Source: Bacteroidota bacterium (GTDB lineage Bacteria; Bacteroidota; Bacteroidia; Bacteroidales; JAAAOM01). From it: a stretch of DNA of 64,000 nucleotides. Below are positions 10,340 through 19,748 of this stretch, piece by piece. The notes under the pieces were generated by a model that worked only from the letters and a program-made list of their open reading frames with translations, did no database searches and was not told the origin of the DNA. The translations under genes were made by a program, and so were the position numbers. The first letter of the stretch is position 1. Each line of letters starts with the position of its first letter. The stretch lies in assembly GCA_009908855.1 (NCBI GenBank), contig JAAAOM010000012.1, positions 67,249 to 131,248 of the forward strand. Reading direction: 5' to 3'.

Positions 10340-10642
10340 TTAGTTTTTTGCTTTTCGTTTACCAAATAATCTTTCCCAAAATTCCTGCCGGTTCCTTTCT
10401 CGCATACGCTTTTTGGCAGCTTTTTCATTTTCACGCATGCGTTTTCTTACTTCGGGCGATTGTTTTTCGAGGTGTTTCTCTTTAAAATCTTCACGCGCTC
10501 TTTCATACTTCCTTTCCTGCATTTGTTCGGTTTTCTCCTTTTTTCGCCGGGCCTGAACAACCTTACTTTTGGACATGCATTGCGAAGACATCATAACAAT
10601 CACACAAGAAAACAGGATAAATTTCGTTAATTTTAACCGCAT
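10340..10642 (-). CDS. hypothetical secreted, highly charged (K/R/E-rich) small protein
   Basis: The signal-like N-terminus is MRLKLTKFILFSCVIVMMSSQC. I prefer the ATG at 10642 over the TTG at 10648 used by the track. It lies 3 nt upstream of the next minus-strand gene. Confidence 0.45.
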   Translation of the reverse strand: MRLKLTKFILFSCVIVMMSSQCMSKSKVVQARRKKEKTEQMQERKYERAREDFKEKHLEKQSPEVRKRMRENEKAAKKRMRERNRQEFWERLFGKRKAKN

Positions 10643-10658
10643 ATACAATTATTTTCAA

Positions 10659-11138
10659 ATGGCCGACCAATTGTTTACAAAAATACGTATAGTTCTGTTA
10701 TTTAGTATTTTATTTATACCCGGATGTGATAAAAAAAAATGCGATGTTATACCCAATGTAACCGTCGATTTCACCATTAACCTAAATACTCCACCATTTA
10801 ACACTTTGCAGGCACCGGGTAACTCGGTTGAAGTACCGATAAATCATGCTCCTTATGCCGATGGTTTTGATAATAATGGCATCGTTATTTATCGCCGAAC
10901 GAATGATGAATTTATCGCTTTCGACCGCACCTGTACTTTCCCGCATCAGGAAAGTGTTGCGATAGAAAAACAACCGGATGACCCGACCACTGCCAAATGT
11001 CCGGAGTGTGAATCGGAATTTCTGCTACCTTCTTATGGCAGTCCGCTTGAAGGCAGCTCTGCCTCCTGTCCGCTCAAAGAATATAACACTACTTATTATG
11101 CGAACAGAAATGCCGTTCGGGTTGTAAACTTCCGTTAA
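10659..11138 (+). CDS. hypothetical lipoprotein, Cys-containing
   Basis: An internal ATG at 10659 gives MADQLFTKIRIVLLFSILFIPGCDKKKC, a lipobox. The longer track ORF from 10569 would overlap the divergent gene. CTFPH...CPECESEF hints at a metal or Rieske-like site, but the spacing is not canonical. Confidence 0.55.
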   Translation: MADQLFTKIRIVLLFSILFIPGCDKKKCDVIPNVTVDFTINLNTPPFNTLQAPGNSVEVPINHAPYADGFDNNGIVIYRRTNDEFIAFDRTCTFPHQESVAIEKQPDDPTTAKCPECESEFLLPSYGSPLEGSSASCPLKEYNTTYYANRNAVRVVNFR

Positions 11139-11241
11139 TGCGAGTTCTCCCGAATACCAAATTAATAAAACGTCGCTGATTAGTATTGGCAGGAAAGTCC
11201 GTTAAAAACGCAGCTGCCATTAAGTATATCAGCATACTAAA

Positions 11242-12228
11242 TTATTGTTTATAAAAACCCGATGGATAAGCCTTTGTAAGCATTTTTTGCGCTACATTTT
11301 TATCAAGCCTTAGTTGCTCAACCAATGCATTGAGGTTTTCGAATTTTTTCTCTTCGCGAATGCGATCAATAAAATGAATACGAATGGATTGGTCGTAAAC
11401 GTTTTCCTCAAAATCAAACAAGTTTACTTCCATTGTGATATCATTCTGATTGGCAGATATGGTAGGACGTTTACCAATATTTAACATCCCCCGGTAAACC
11501 AATCCACTTTTTAATATCTCAACATAAACGGCATATACACCCATTGCCGGTATCAGTTTATCAGGTGAGTTTACACGAATATTGGCAGTTGGGTACCCTA
11601 ATTTTTTCCCTAATTTATTTCCTTCTACAACCATTCCTTCAACAAAATAAGGATAGCCCAGCATTTTTTGTGCAACACCAATATTGCCCTGCCACAGCGT
11701 ATTGCGTATAAGACTGGAACTTACGGTCCATTCCTGCACATGAAAAGGTTCCAGTCGTTCGGCAATAAACCTGAATTTATCACCCAGGGCTTTGAGGGTC
11801 TCATAACTACCCTCCCTGTTTTTACCAAAATGATGATTGTATCCGATTAAAATATACTCCGCATGGATGGCATCATAAACATATTGCCGGATAAAATCCT
11901 GGTATTGTGTATTGGCCAGTGCCTTATCAAATGGCAGCACAACCATATAATCAATGCCGGTTTGTTCAATCCGCTCATACTTTTCCTCAAGGGTTGTTAA
12001 TAAAGCAATATCCTTATCAGGATGCAGAATTTTGCGCGGGTGAGGCCACAGGGTAAGCAGAACAGAAGGACAATCCAGTTCTAATGACTGCTTTTTGATC
12101 CGTTTGATGATCTCCTGATGGGCCAGATGTACACCATCAAATATACCAATGGTAGCAACTGATCTGGCCAGTTTAAATGATTCAATATGCGATATTATCT
12201 CCAATAGCAAAGCCTTTTGAGAATGCAA
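11242..12228 (-). CDS. ribF: bifunctional riboflavin kinase / FMN adenylyltransferase
   Basis: VATIGIFDGVHLAHQEII, GYNHHFG and GYPTANI...GVYAV...MLNIGKRPT are present. The frame opens with TTG at 12228 and has no early ATG, so the start is uncertain. Confidence 0.9.
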   Translation of the reverse strand: MHSQKALLLEIISHIESFKLARSVATIGIFDGVHLAHQEIIKRIKKQSLELDCPSVLLTLWPHPRKILHPDKDIALLTTLEEKYERIEQTGIDYMVVLPFDKALANTQYQDFIRQYVYDAIHAEYILIGYNHHFGKNREGSYETLKALGDKFRFIAERLEPFHVQEWTVSSSLIRNTLWQGNIGVAQKMLGYPYFVEGMVVEGNKLGKKLGYPTANIRVNSPDKLIPAMGVYAVYVEILKSGLVYRGMLNIGKRPTISANQNDITMEVNLFDFEENVYDQSIRIHFIDRIREEKKFENLNALVEQLRLDKNVAQKMLTKAYPSGFYKQ

Positions 12229-12504
12229 AAATAATATTTCCGGTATACTAAACAGTAAATATGACTACCTGTTTACCTGCCAATCACTGATCATCCCAAT
12301 TCAACCTGACCCGGTTTCTGTTAACAACGGTATAACATATTTTGATTTCCGGGTATTAAGGCAAAGAATGGGTTTAAAATATTTTCCGGGGGCAATGTCA
12401 GTTTGGGCAGAAAATGACAAGAAATTAATGAAATTATGTTCGTTGAATTTAACACGATTCTGTAACTTTAACCTTATGGTATTTGTTCTCTGAAGTAGAA
12501 AATA

Positions 12505-14556
12505 ATGGAAAACACAATTATAAAATCACACAACATGACAAAACCCGGCATTGTAGAAAACGACCCCTGGTTAGAACCTCATCAGCCAAAAATTGAAGAT
12601 CGTATTAATAAATGGCAGGCCAAAGAACAACAACTATTGCAAAATGCTGCCTCGCTCAAAGAATTTGCTTCCGGCCATTTATATTTCGGATTGCACAAGA
12701 CATCCGAAGGATGGGTAATCAGGGAACTGGCGCCAAATGCCACCGCTATTTATCTGGTAGGTGAATGCAATCACTGGCGTATTTCAGATGATTTTAAATT
12801 TACTTCCCTGCCAAATGGTGTATGGGAGTTGAAATTACCTCAGTCAGCATTGCTACATGGACAAAAATACAAGCTACATATTACCTGGGAAGGAGGAGAA
12901 GGTGATCGAATTCCTGCCTACACCACACGCGTAATTCAAAACCCCGATAATCATATTTTCGATGCCGTTGTATGGGCATCTGATGAGCCTTACCAATGGA
13001 AAAACAAAGCCCCTGATATTTCAACTTATCCACCAATAATTTATGAAGCCCATGTGGGTATGGCCACTGAAAACGAAGGAGTGGGAACCTACAATGAATT
13101 TCGGGAGAAAATTCTCCCCCGAATACATAAAGCCGGATATAATACCATCCAGCTAATGGCCATTCAGGAACACCCGTATTATGGCTCATTCGGTTACCAT
13201 GTATCTAATTTCTTTGCCGTCAGTTCAAGGTTCGGCACACCGTATGAACTAAAGCAACTGGTTGATGAAGCACATGGTTTGGGTATTGCTGTGATAATGG
13301 ACATTGTGCATTCTCACTCAGTTAAAAATGAGCTGGAAGGCCTCGGTAAATTTGACGGGACAGGCCATCTGTATTTTCATGAGGGCCCCAGGAGAGAGCA
13401 TATAGCCTGGGATTCGCTGTGCTTCGACTATGGTAAAATTGAAGTATTGCATTTTTTATTATCCAATTGTCGTTACTGGTTAGAAGAATTTAATTTTGAC
13501 GGTTTCCGTTTCGACGGAATAACCAGCATGCTCTATTTTGATCATGGACTGGGGCGTGATTTCAACTCTTACGATTTTTATTTTGATGGCGGACAGGACG
13601 ACGATGCCATTACCTATATCACCCTGGCCAATAAACTTATTCAGGAAGTAAAACCCGGCGCTATAGCCATTGCAGAAGATATGAGCGGTATGCCGGGCTT
13701 GGCAGCCCCCATCGCAGATGGCGGAATGGGATTTCATTTTCGCCTGTCGATGGGAATACCCGATTTCTGGATCAAACTTATTAAAGAAGCAACCGACGAT
13801 ACATGGCCCATGGGTGGCATTTTTCATGAACTTACCACGCGCCGTGCCGATGAACGTACAATCAGTTACGCCGAAAGCCATGACCAGGCTTTAGTGGGTG
13901 ATAAAACAATCATCTTTCGTCTCATTGACCAGGAAATGTACTGGCACATGGATAAAAAATCTGAAAACCTGGTGATTGATCGCGGAATGGCTTTACATAA
14001 AATGATCCGACTGGTAACCCTCTCAACGGCCAGTGGTGGCTACCTTAATTTTATGGGCAATGAATTCGGACATCCGGAATGGATTGATTTTCCACGTGAA
14101 GGCAATAACTGGAGTTATAAATACGCACGCAGACAATGGTCGCTGGCAGATAACCGGGAGCTTCGCTATCACTGGCTGGCCGATTTTGACAGAGATATGC
14201 TAAACCTCATAAATGTTGAGAACATTTTACAACAGGAATGGTGTAACCATGTGGTTAGTAACGAAGGCGATAAAATATTGGCCTATGAGCGCAAAGGATT
14301 GCTCTTTGTTTTTAACTTTCACCCCACCCATTCATATACCGATTATGGCATAGCTGTACAACCCGGTAAATACCGCATATACCTGAACACCGATTCCAAT
14401 ATTTACGGTGGTTTTGGCCATATAGATGAATCTATTACTTATTACACCGAAAAACCCGGTAAACCCGCTAGTTTGCAACCACATTATATAAAACTATATT
14501 TACCCAGTCGCACCGCACTGGTATTAAAACACATGCCAAGCAAGAGCGTTTATTAA
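12505..14556 (+). CDS. glgB: 1,4-alpha-glucan branching enzyme, GH13 (eukaryote-like subfamily)
   Basis: The GH13 conserved regions are present: VIMDIVHSH, GFRFDGITSM, IAEDMSGMP and YAESHDQALVGDK. Length is 683 aa. Confidence 0.85.
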   Translation: MENTIIKSHNMTKPGIVENDPWLEPHQPKIEDRINKWQAKEQQLLQNAASLKEFASGHLYFGLHKTSEGWVIRELAPNATAIYLVGECNHWRISDDFKFTSLPNGVWELKLPQSALLHGQKYKLHITWEGGEGDRIPAYTTRVIQNPDNHIFDAVVWASDEPYQWKNKAPDISTYPPIIYEAHVGMATENEGVGTYNEFREKILPRIHKAGYNTIQLMAIQEHPYYGSFGYHVSNFFAVSSRFGTPYELKQLVDEAHGLGIAVIMDIVHSHSVKNELEGLGKFDGTGHLYFHEGPRREHIAWDSLCFDYGKIEVLHFLLSNCRYWLEEFNFDGFRFDGITSMLYFDHGLGRDFNSYDFYFDGGQDDDAITYITLANKLIQEVKPGAIAIAEDMSGMPGLAAPIADGGMGFHFRLSMGIPDFWIKLIKEATDDTWPMGGIFHELTTRRADERTISYAESHDQALVGDKTIIFRLIDQEMYWHMDKKSENLVIDRGMALHKMIRLVTLSTASGGYLNFMGNEFGHPEWIDFPREGNNWSYKYARRQWSLADNRELRYHWLADFDRDMLNLINVENILQQEWCNHVVSNEGDKILAYERKGLLFVFNFHPTHSYTDYGIAVQPGKYRIYLNTDSNIYGGFGHIDESITYYTEKPGKPASLQPHYIKLYLPSRTALVLKHMPSKSVY

Positions 14557-14575
14557 CCTCAAAAATTGGTTTAAC

Positions 14576-14865
14576 ATGAAAAAACAAACCGTTGGTATTT
14601 TTATATTCGACGAAGTTGAAGTACTTGATTTTGCCGGACCCTATGAAGTATTTTCTAAAGCCGAACAGGATGAAAAAAGCTGTAGAAAGATTATACCAAC
14701 CTGACGGTTCTGGAAAACGAAAAATTTGTTGATGAGGGAAAAATTATTACCTCCGGGGGATATAAGCAGGTATTGACATGAGTTTGTACATACTTAAAAG
14801 ATTATGTAGGAATAGAAATAGCGCGGGTAACCGCCAAACGGATGGAATACAACAATCCGGTTTAA
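14576..14865 (+). pseudogene. decayed DJ-1/PfpI (class I glutamine amidotransferase-like) gene remnant
   Basis: An N-terminal piece MKKQTVGIFIFDEVEVLDFAGPYEVFS stops at 14702. A different frame then reads LTVLENEKFVDEGKIITSGG. A further shifted frame reads GIEIARVTAKRMEYNNPV followed by a stop. The roughly 100-codon central part, including the nucleophile elbow, is missing. Confidence 0.6.
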
Positions 14866-15671
14866 ATTTTAAATACCCGATTCAATAACCTGGATAATAA
14901 ATACATAGCTACCAAGAAAAGGATGATGGTTGCCCCGGTCGGAACGTCAATTATACCGGCCAGCACGATACCCATACCCGTTCCTGCCATTGATATAAGA
15001 ACAGAAAATATAAACATGGGTTTGTTGCGAAGGGTGAACAAATTGGCTATGTTTTGTGGAATGGTAAACAATGAAATTACCAATATAATACCAACAATTC
15101 GGATGTTTAATACGATGGTAAGCGCAATAAAAACCATCATGACATAATCGATCAGTGCAACCGGATATTTACGGGATTTGGCAAAATCCCTGTCGAAGGC
15201 AACATAGATAACAGGTTTATAAAAAACCAGAAAGGTGGTAATCAAAACTATATCCAGCAATAACAAAAAAAACAATTCTGCTTCAGAAACCACCAAAATA
15301 CTTCCAAACAGATAACTCATAAGGTTTGGCGGCCTTCCCGGTGTAAGGTAAACAAAAATTATCCCGATGGCCATACCCAGAGACCACATAATGGCAATGG
15401 CCGAATCGTTGCGCATGGCACCTTTGCGGGTTGTATATTCAATACCAAGCGCTGATAACACAGCTGCCACCAGCGCACCGGCCAACGGATGCCATCCCAG
15501 GTAATAGCCTATACCTATCCCGCCGAATGAGGCATGTGTGATTCCACCACTGATAAAAACCAATCGTCTGATAACAATATAGGTGCCGATAATACCGCAG
15601 GACAAACTTGCAAGTACAGCAGTAATATAGGGCTTTATCTCAATGGGAATGTGTGGTAAAAATTCTGTCAA
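14862..15671 (-). CDS. metal (Zn/Mn) ABC transporter permease, ABC-3 family
   Basis: 269 aa and polytopic, for example ISGGITHASFGGIGIGYYLG. It lies in an operon with an ATPase and a ZnuA-like binding protein. The frame opens with TTG at 15671. Confidence 0.85.
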   Translation of the reverse strand: MTEFLPHIPIEIKPYITAVLASLSCGIIGTYIVIRRLVFISGGITHASFGGIGIGYYLGWHPLAGALVAAVLSALGIEYTTRKGAMRNDSAIAIMWSLGMAIGIIFVYLTPGRPPNLMSYLFGSILVVSEAELFFLLLLDIVLITTFLVFYKPVIYVAFDRDFAKSRKYPVALIDYVMMVFIALTIVLNIRIVGIILVISLFTIPQNIANLFTLRNKPMFIFSVLISMAGTGMGIVLAGIIDVPTGATIILFLVAMYLLSRLLNRVFKI

Positions 15672-15691
15672 TCTAAAATATTATTAATGGA

Positions 15692-16423
15692 TTAGTGATT
15701 CTTAAGCACACGATGCGGAACAGTACCATGTGTAATAATATCAATCGGACAATTATATGCTTTTAGCAACTCTTCATTGATTTCATGGGAATGATGATGA
15801 TGCAGTGTTTTGTTCACACAAGCAATGGTTTTAACATAGCTTGATATCATTCCTAAATCGTGAGATACCAGTATGATAGCCATCTGTTTATTCAGCTTGA
15901 CTAAATGGTTGTACAATTCATGTTCAAACTCATTATCGATGTAAGTATCCGGTTCATCCAGAATCAGTAAACCCGGCGAGGATACAACAGCCCGCGCAAG
16001 CAATGTTTTTTGGAGCTGCCCGCCTGAAAGGGTTCCTATCTGTCTTTTTCGAAAATCCTGCAGTCGGAATTCACTAAGCAAATGATCCAGCTTTTCCTTT
16101 TTGTTTTTTTTACCTGCCGTATTGTATCCGGCCCCAAGAAATCCGGCATCCACTACTTCTTCCACTGTTATTGGAAATTTGGTATCCATGTGGTTTACCT
16201 GGGGTAAATAACCAATACTAAGTTGAGGAGCATGGTACATGTTGCCGGTAAATGGCACAATTTCTCCAAGTATGGTACGAATTAAAGAGGTCTTACCACT
16301 ACCATTTGGGCCTATTACGCCAATAAAATCTTCGTTTACGATGCGAAAATTTATGTTTTCAAGCACTACCTGCTCACCGTAAGCAATGCCTATATCCTGA
16401 AGTTCTATTAATGTGTTACTCAT
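15692..16423 (-). CDS. metal ABC transporter ATP-binding protein (ZnuC-like)
   Basis: Walker [10 protein letters not shown], signature LSGGQLQK and Walker B LLILDEP are present, with a His-rich C-terminal stretch LHHHHSH. Confidence 0.9.
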   Translation of the reverse strand: MSNTLIELQDIGIAYGEQVVLENINFRIVNEDFIGVIGPNGSGKTSLIRTILGEIVPFTGNMYHAPQLSIGYLPQVNHMDTKFPITVEEVVDAGFLGAGYNTAGKKNKKEKLDHLLSEFRLQDFRKRQIGTLSGGQLQKTLLARAVVSSPGLLILDEPDTYIDNEFEHELYNHLVKLNKQMAIILVSHDLGMISSYVKTIACVNKTLHHHHSHEINEELLKAYNCPIDIITHGTVPHRVLKNH

Positions 16424-17573
16424 CTGCGTTCAGGGCTATCTTTAGCTTGGTGTATATATCATGAATGGCAAATTCCAGGTTTTCGTTCAACGGATCAATC
16501 TGAATAACCTCTGCACCAATCTCATTGGCCAGAACCTGAGCATTTTCAATATCAAATTGCTGTTGTATGAAAATGGTATTGATATCATTTTGCAAGGCTG
16601 TTTTTTTTACATTTTTTACACGGCCGGCAGTGGGTAGTTTTCCATCATGTTCCAGGGCGTGCTGTTTTAAATCATAATCGCGGGCTATATACGAAAGTGC
16701 CGGATGATATATAATAAATTCATTTTTCTCAATGTAAAGGAATGACAAATCGAACAGTGAATCATAGGTATTCACCATGTCCTTTAAGTCAAGAAACCGA
16801 TTATGCATACCGGCTGTATCGATTGGTAACTGTGCTAATTTCTCATAATACACAGGCAGTGCCTCAAGCAATGTCTTTGGTGATATCCAATAATGCGGAT
16901 CAATATGATGATGATGATGGTGGTGATGACTATGGCCCTGTATGGTATTGATATGCTCACTTAAATGAACAAATTGCAATTCCTGATTAACCGATTTGAA
17001 TTTTTCATACCAGCTCACCTCAAAATCAAGGCCTCCGTTTAAAAAGTAGATATCGGATTCTGATAATTCCCTGACCTGCGAAGATGTAGGTTCAAAAATC
17101 TCGGGGTTGGCATTATCGGCCAGCATAACCTGCACCTGCACCGAATCGCTTACCAATTGCTGTACAATATATTTTTGTGGTGGTATGCTCACTGTAACCA
17201 CTGTATTATCGGATGAATCCTTTACCGGTGGTTTGCAGGATAATAAAACCAGGATAAAAATGATAAATATGGGCGTTCCGGAATGCTTGATTTTTCTAAA
17301 AAAATTAAATTTCTCAGGCACAGGATCATATCCATGCGTTCCCCAGGGGTTGCAACGCAATATGCGCCATATACCCAGCCAAAGCCCTTTAATGGGCCCA
17401 TGTTTTTGCAATGCCTGTATGGTATATTCCGAACAGGTAGGTACATGTCTGCACGATGCCGGTATTATTGGCGAAATAATATATTGATATACTTTAACCA
17501 ACATGATAAAAGGAAGGGACAGATATTTTAGGAAATTATCATTCATTATGTAAGAATCCGCTTTTGTGAACAT
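16416..17573 (-). CDS. in-frame fusion of a YidD-like membrane insertion efficiency factor domain with a ZnuA-like metal-binding lipoprotein
   Basis: Residues ~11-88 ([58 protein letters not shown]) are a full YidD. With no stop, the frame continues into [20 protein letters not shown] (lipobox) and a ZnuA-type domain with a His-rich loop [17 protein letters not shown]. Possible starts are ATG 17573, ATG 17546 and an internal in-frame GTG at 17321. Confidence 0.75.
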   Translation of the reverse strand: MFTKADSYIMNDNFLKYLSLPFIMLVKVYQYIISPIIPASCRHVPTCSEYTIQALQKHGPIKGLWLGIWRILRCNPWGTHGYDPVPEKFNFFRKIKHSGTPIFIIFILVLLSCKPPVKDSSDNTVVTVSIPPQKYIVQQLVSDSVQVQVMLADNANPEIFEPTSSQVRELSESDIYFLNGGLDFEVSWYEKFKSVNQELQFVHLSEHINTIQGHSHHHHHHHHIDPHYWISPKTLLEALPVYYEKLAQLPIDTAGMHNRFLDLKDMVNTYDSLFDLSFLYIEKNEFIIYHPALSYIARDYDLKQHALEHDGKLPTAGRVKNVKKTALQNDINTIFIQQQFDIENAQVLANEIGAEVIQIDPLNENLEFAIHDIYTKLKIALNADE

Positions 17574-17729
17574 CAAAATTAGTGATTTTAAAGGATTTTT
17601 TCGGAAGTAATAATTTCTACCTTATTTCCGCCATTAAAAAAATTAACGAAAACCTTAGCAGTTAGCGCTGAATGTTGGTAAGAATACAATATCACACCAA
17701 TTATTTATAGCATGTTAAAAATAAAAAGG

Positions 17730-18602
17730 TCAATTAATCATTCGGACAATTTCATCGGCCACGTTTTGCATCAACCACTGCGGAGTGGAAGTAGCACCAC
17801 AAATTCCTGTTTTTTCGGCATTGATAAACCAGGATTTTTCAATTTCAGACAATGATGAAATATAATAACAATTAGGATTTGCCTGTGAACAAACTTCATA
17901 CAATTGCTTGCCATTCGAACTTTCGCGCCCGGCAACAAAAATAACGACATCCTGCTTTTCCGAAAATTCACGCACTTTTTGCCTTCGGTTGGCAACTTTC
18001 CCACATACTGAATGCATACATTTCAGGTTTTCTTCCACATTAATACCCTGATGGGTAAGTTGTTCGTGAATTTTAAGCTGAATAGTTTCATACTCTTCAC
18101 GGGGCATGGTTGTTTGGGATAAAAGATGAACAGGTGGGGTTAAATCGAGTTTGTCAATTTCATCAATACTGCTTACTATTTGTGTTTTATAGGATACCTG
18201 ACCGGATAATCCAATAACTTCAGGATGATTTTTCTTACCGAATATAATCACATTGGTTGCCGGATTATCCTTCAAAATGTTTTTAACACGTTGCTGTAAT
18301 TTTAGTACAATGGGACAGGTTCCGTCGATCAGTTCGATATTATTCTTCCGCGCTATTTGGTATGTTTCGGGAGGTTCACCATGGGCCCGCAGCAGTACCC
18401 GGGTATTTTTTAGTTGCCTGAATGTATCATAATCTATTGGTATCAATCCCTGTTGTTGAAGGCGTTTAGTTTCCTCCTCGTTGTGCACAATAGCGCCCAG
18501 GCAATATAACTGCTCATGTTCTTTGAGTCCGGCTTCGGCCTTTTCCACCGCTTTTAGCACTCCAAAACAAAAGCCTGATGAGGATTCGATTTCAATATGC
18601 AT
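17730..18602 (-). CDS. ispH: 4-hydroxy-3-methylbut-2-enyl diphosphate reductase
   Basis: MHIEIESSSGFCFGV, AIVHN and GTCPIV are present. Length is 290 aa, typical of IspH/LytB. Confidence 0.9.
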   Translation of the reverse strand: MHIEIESSSGFCFGVLKAVEKAEAGLKEHEQLYCLGAIVHNEEETKRLQQQGLIPIDYDTFRQLKNTRVLLRAHGEPPETYQIARKNNIELIDGTCPIVLKLQQRVKNILKDNPATNVIIFGKKNHPEVIGLSGQVSYKTQIVSSIDEIDKLDLTPPVHLLSQTTMPREEYETIQLKIHEQLTHQGINVEENLKCMHSVCGKVANRRQKVREFSEKQDVVIFVAGRESSNGKQLYEVCSQANPNCYYISSLSEIEKSWFINAEKTGICGATSTPQWLMQNVADEIVRMIN

Positions 18603-18605
18603 AAT

Positions 18606-19310
18606 TTACACCTCAATGATCTTTTTATCGGCTAATATTCCCATCACCCAGTCCATTTGTTGTTCAATGGACATGTGGCTGTTATCCAATTCCAATGCAT
18701 CCTGCGCTTTAATAAGCGGACTAATATTGCGCGTTAAATCTAAATGGTCGCGATGTTCAATATTCATTTTAATCTCTTCAAACGCCACCTCCATCCCTTT
18801 AGCTATTAGCTCATCATATCGGCGTTTTGCACGTATATCGGTGCCTGCAGTCATAAAAATCTTTAACTCAGCATCAGGAAATACCACTGTACCAATATCC
18901 CGGCCATCCATTACAACCCCCCGGTGCTTACCCAATTGCTTTTGCAGATCAATCATTTTTTTTCTCACTTCAGGATTGGAACTAACCACACTTACTTTGT
19001 CTGATACTTCAACACCTCGAATGTAAGACTCAACATTTTCATTGTTCACATATATTTCATGTTGGCCGGATGCGCGATTCTTTTTAAAATGAATATCCAC
19101 TGCGCTCAATGCCCGCTTGAGTTTATAATGTTGAGTTTCAACTTTATTAATAATCCCCAGGCGCAGGCAATACCATGTAAATGCCCTGTACATAGCCCCT
19201 GAATCGATATACAAATACTTTAACTGCCGGGCAATTTCCGTAGCAAAAGTGCTCTTACCACAGGATGAAAAACCGTCAATTGCAATAATAATTTTTTTAC
19301 GCACCTGCAT
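18606..19310 (-). CDS. cmk: cytidylate kinase
   Basis: IIIAIDGFSSCGKSTFATEIARQL...YIDSGAMYR...VVMDGRDIGTVVFPDAELKIFMTA is present. Confidence 0.9.
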   Translation of the reverse strand: MQVRKKIIIAIDGFSSCGKSTFATEIARQLKYLYIDSGAMYRAFTWYCLRLGIINKVETQHYKLKRALSAVDIHFKKNRASGQHEIYVNNENVESYIRGVEVSDKVSVVSSNPEVRKKMIDLQKQLGKHRGVVMDGRDIGTVVFPDAELKIFMTAGTDIRAKRRYDELIAKGMEVAFEEIKMNIEHRDHLDLTRNISPLIKAQDALELDNSHMSIEQQMDWVMGILADKKIIEV

Positions 19311-19360
19311 GGTAGTAATTTTGCCCTAAAATTAGTGAAGTTAACGGAATGAATGAAGTA

Positions 19361-19741
19361 TTAAAGATATTGGCTTAATTTTTCAAGGAGCGTATTGCCA
19401 ATAATTGGTTTGGCAATATAATCATCACAACCTTCTTTTAAAAATTTATTCTTATCAGAAATCAGCGCAAAGGCAGTTTGTGCAATTACTATTACTGATT
19501 TTTTCAGCTTTTTCATGTCTCGTGTTACTTCCAGTCCATTGATATCCGGAAGCTGTATATCCATTAATACAACATCTATTGTATCCATGTTTTCTTGAAA
19601 CAATTGCATGGCTTGATTGCCATTTACAGCATACAGCAATTTAACTTTGGTAGCTCTTAGAAGCTCCTGCAGGTATTCGGCACTGGATTGATCGTCTTCA
19701 ACAATCAGTATACATTTTTGGTGCCAGTCTAAGGTTTTCAT
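19361..19741 (-). CDS. single-domain response regulator (CheY-like receiver)
   Basis: 126 aa. ILIVEDD, DVVLMDIQLPDINGLE and IAQTA...KP match a receiver domain. It lies immediately downstream of the histidine kinase. Confidence 0.85.
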   Translation of the reverse strand: MKTLDWHQKCILIVEDDQSSAEYLQELLRATKVKLLYAVNGNQAMQLFQENMDTIDVVLMDIQLPDINGLEVTRDMKKLKKSVIVIAQTAFALISDKNKFLKEGCDDYIAKPIIGNTLLEKLSQYL

Positions 19742-19748
19742 TTATAAG

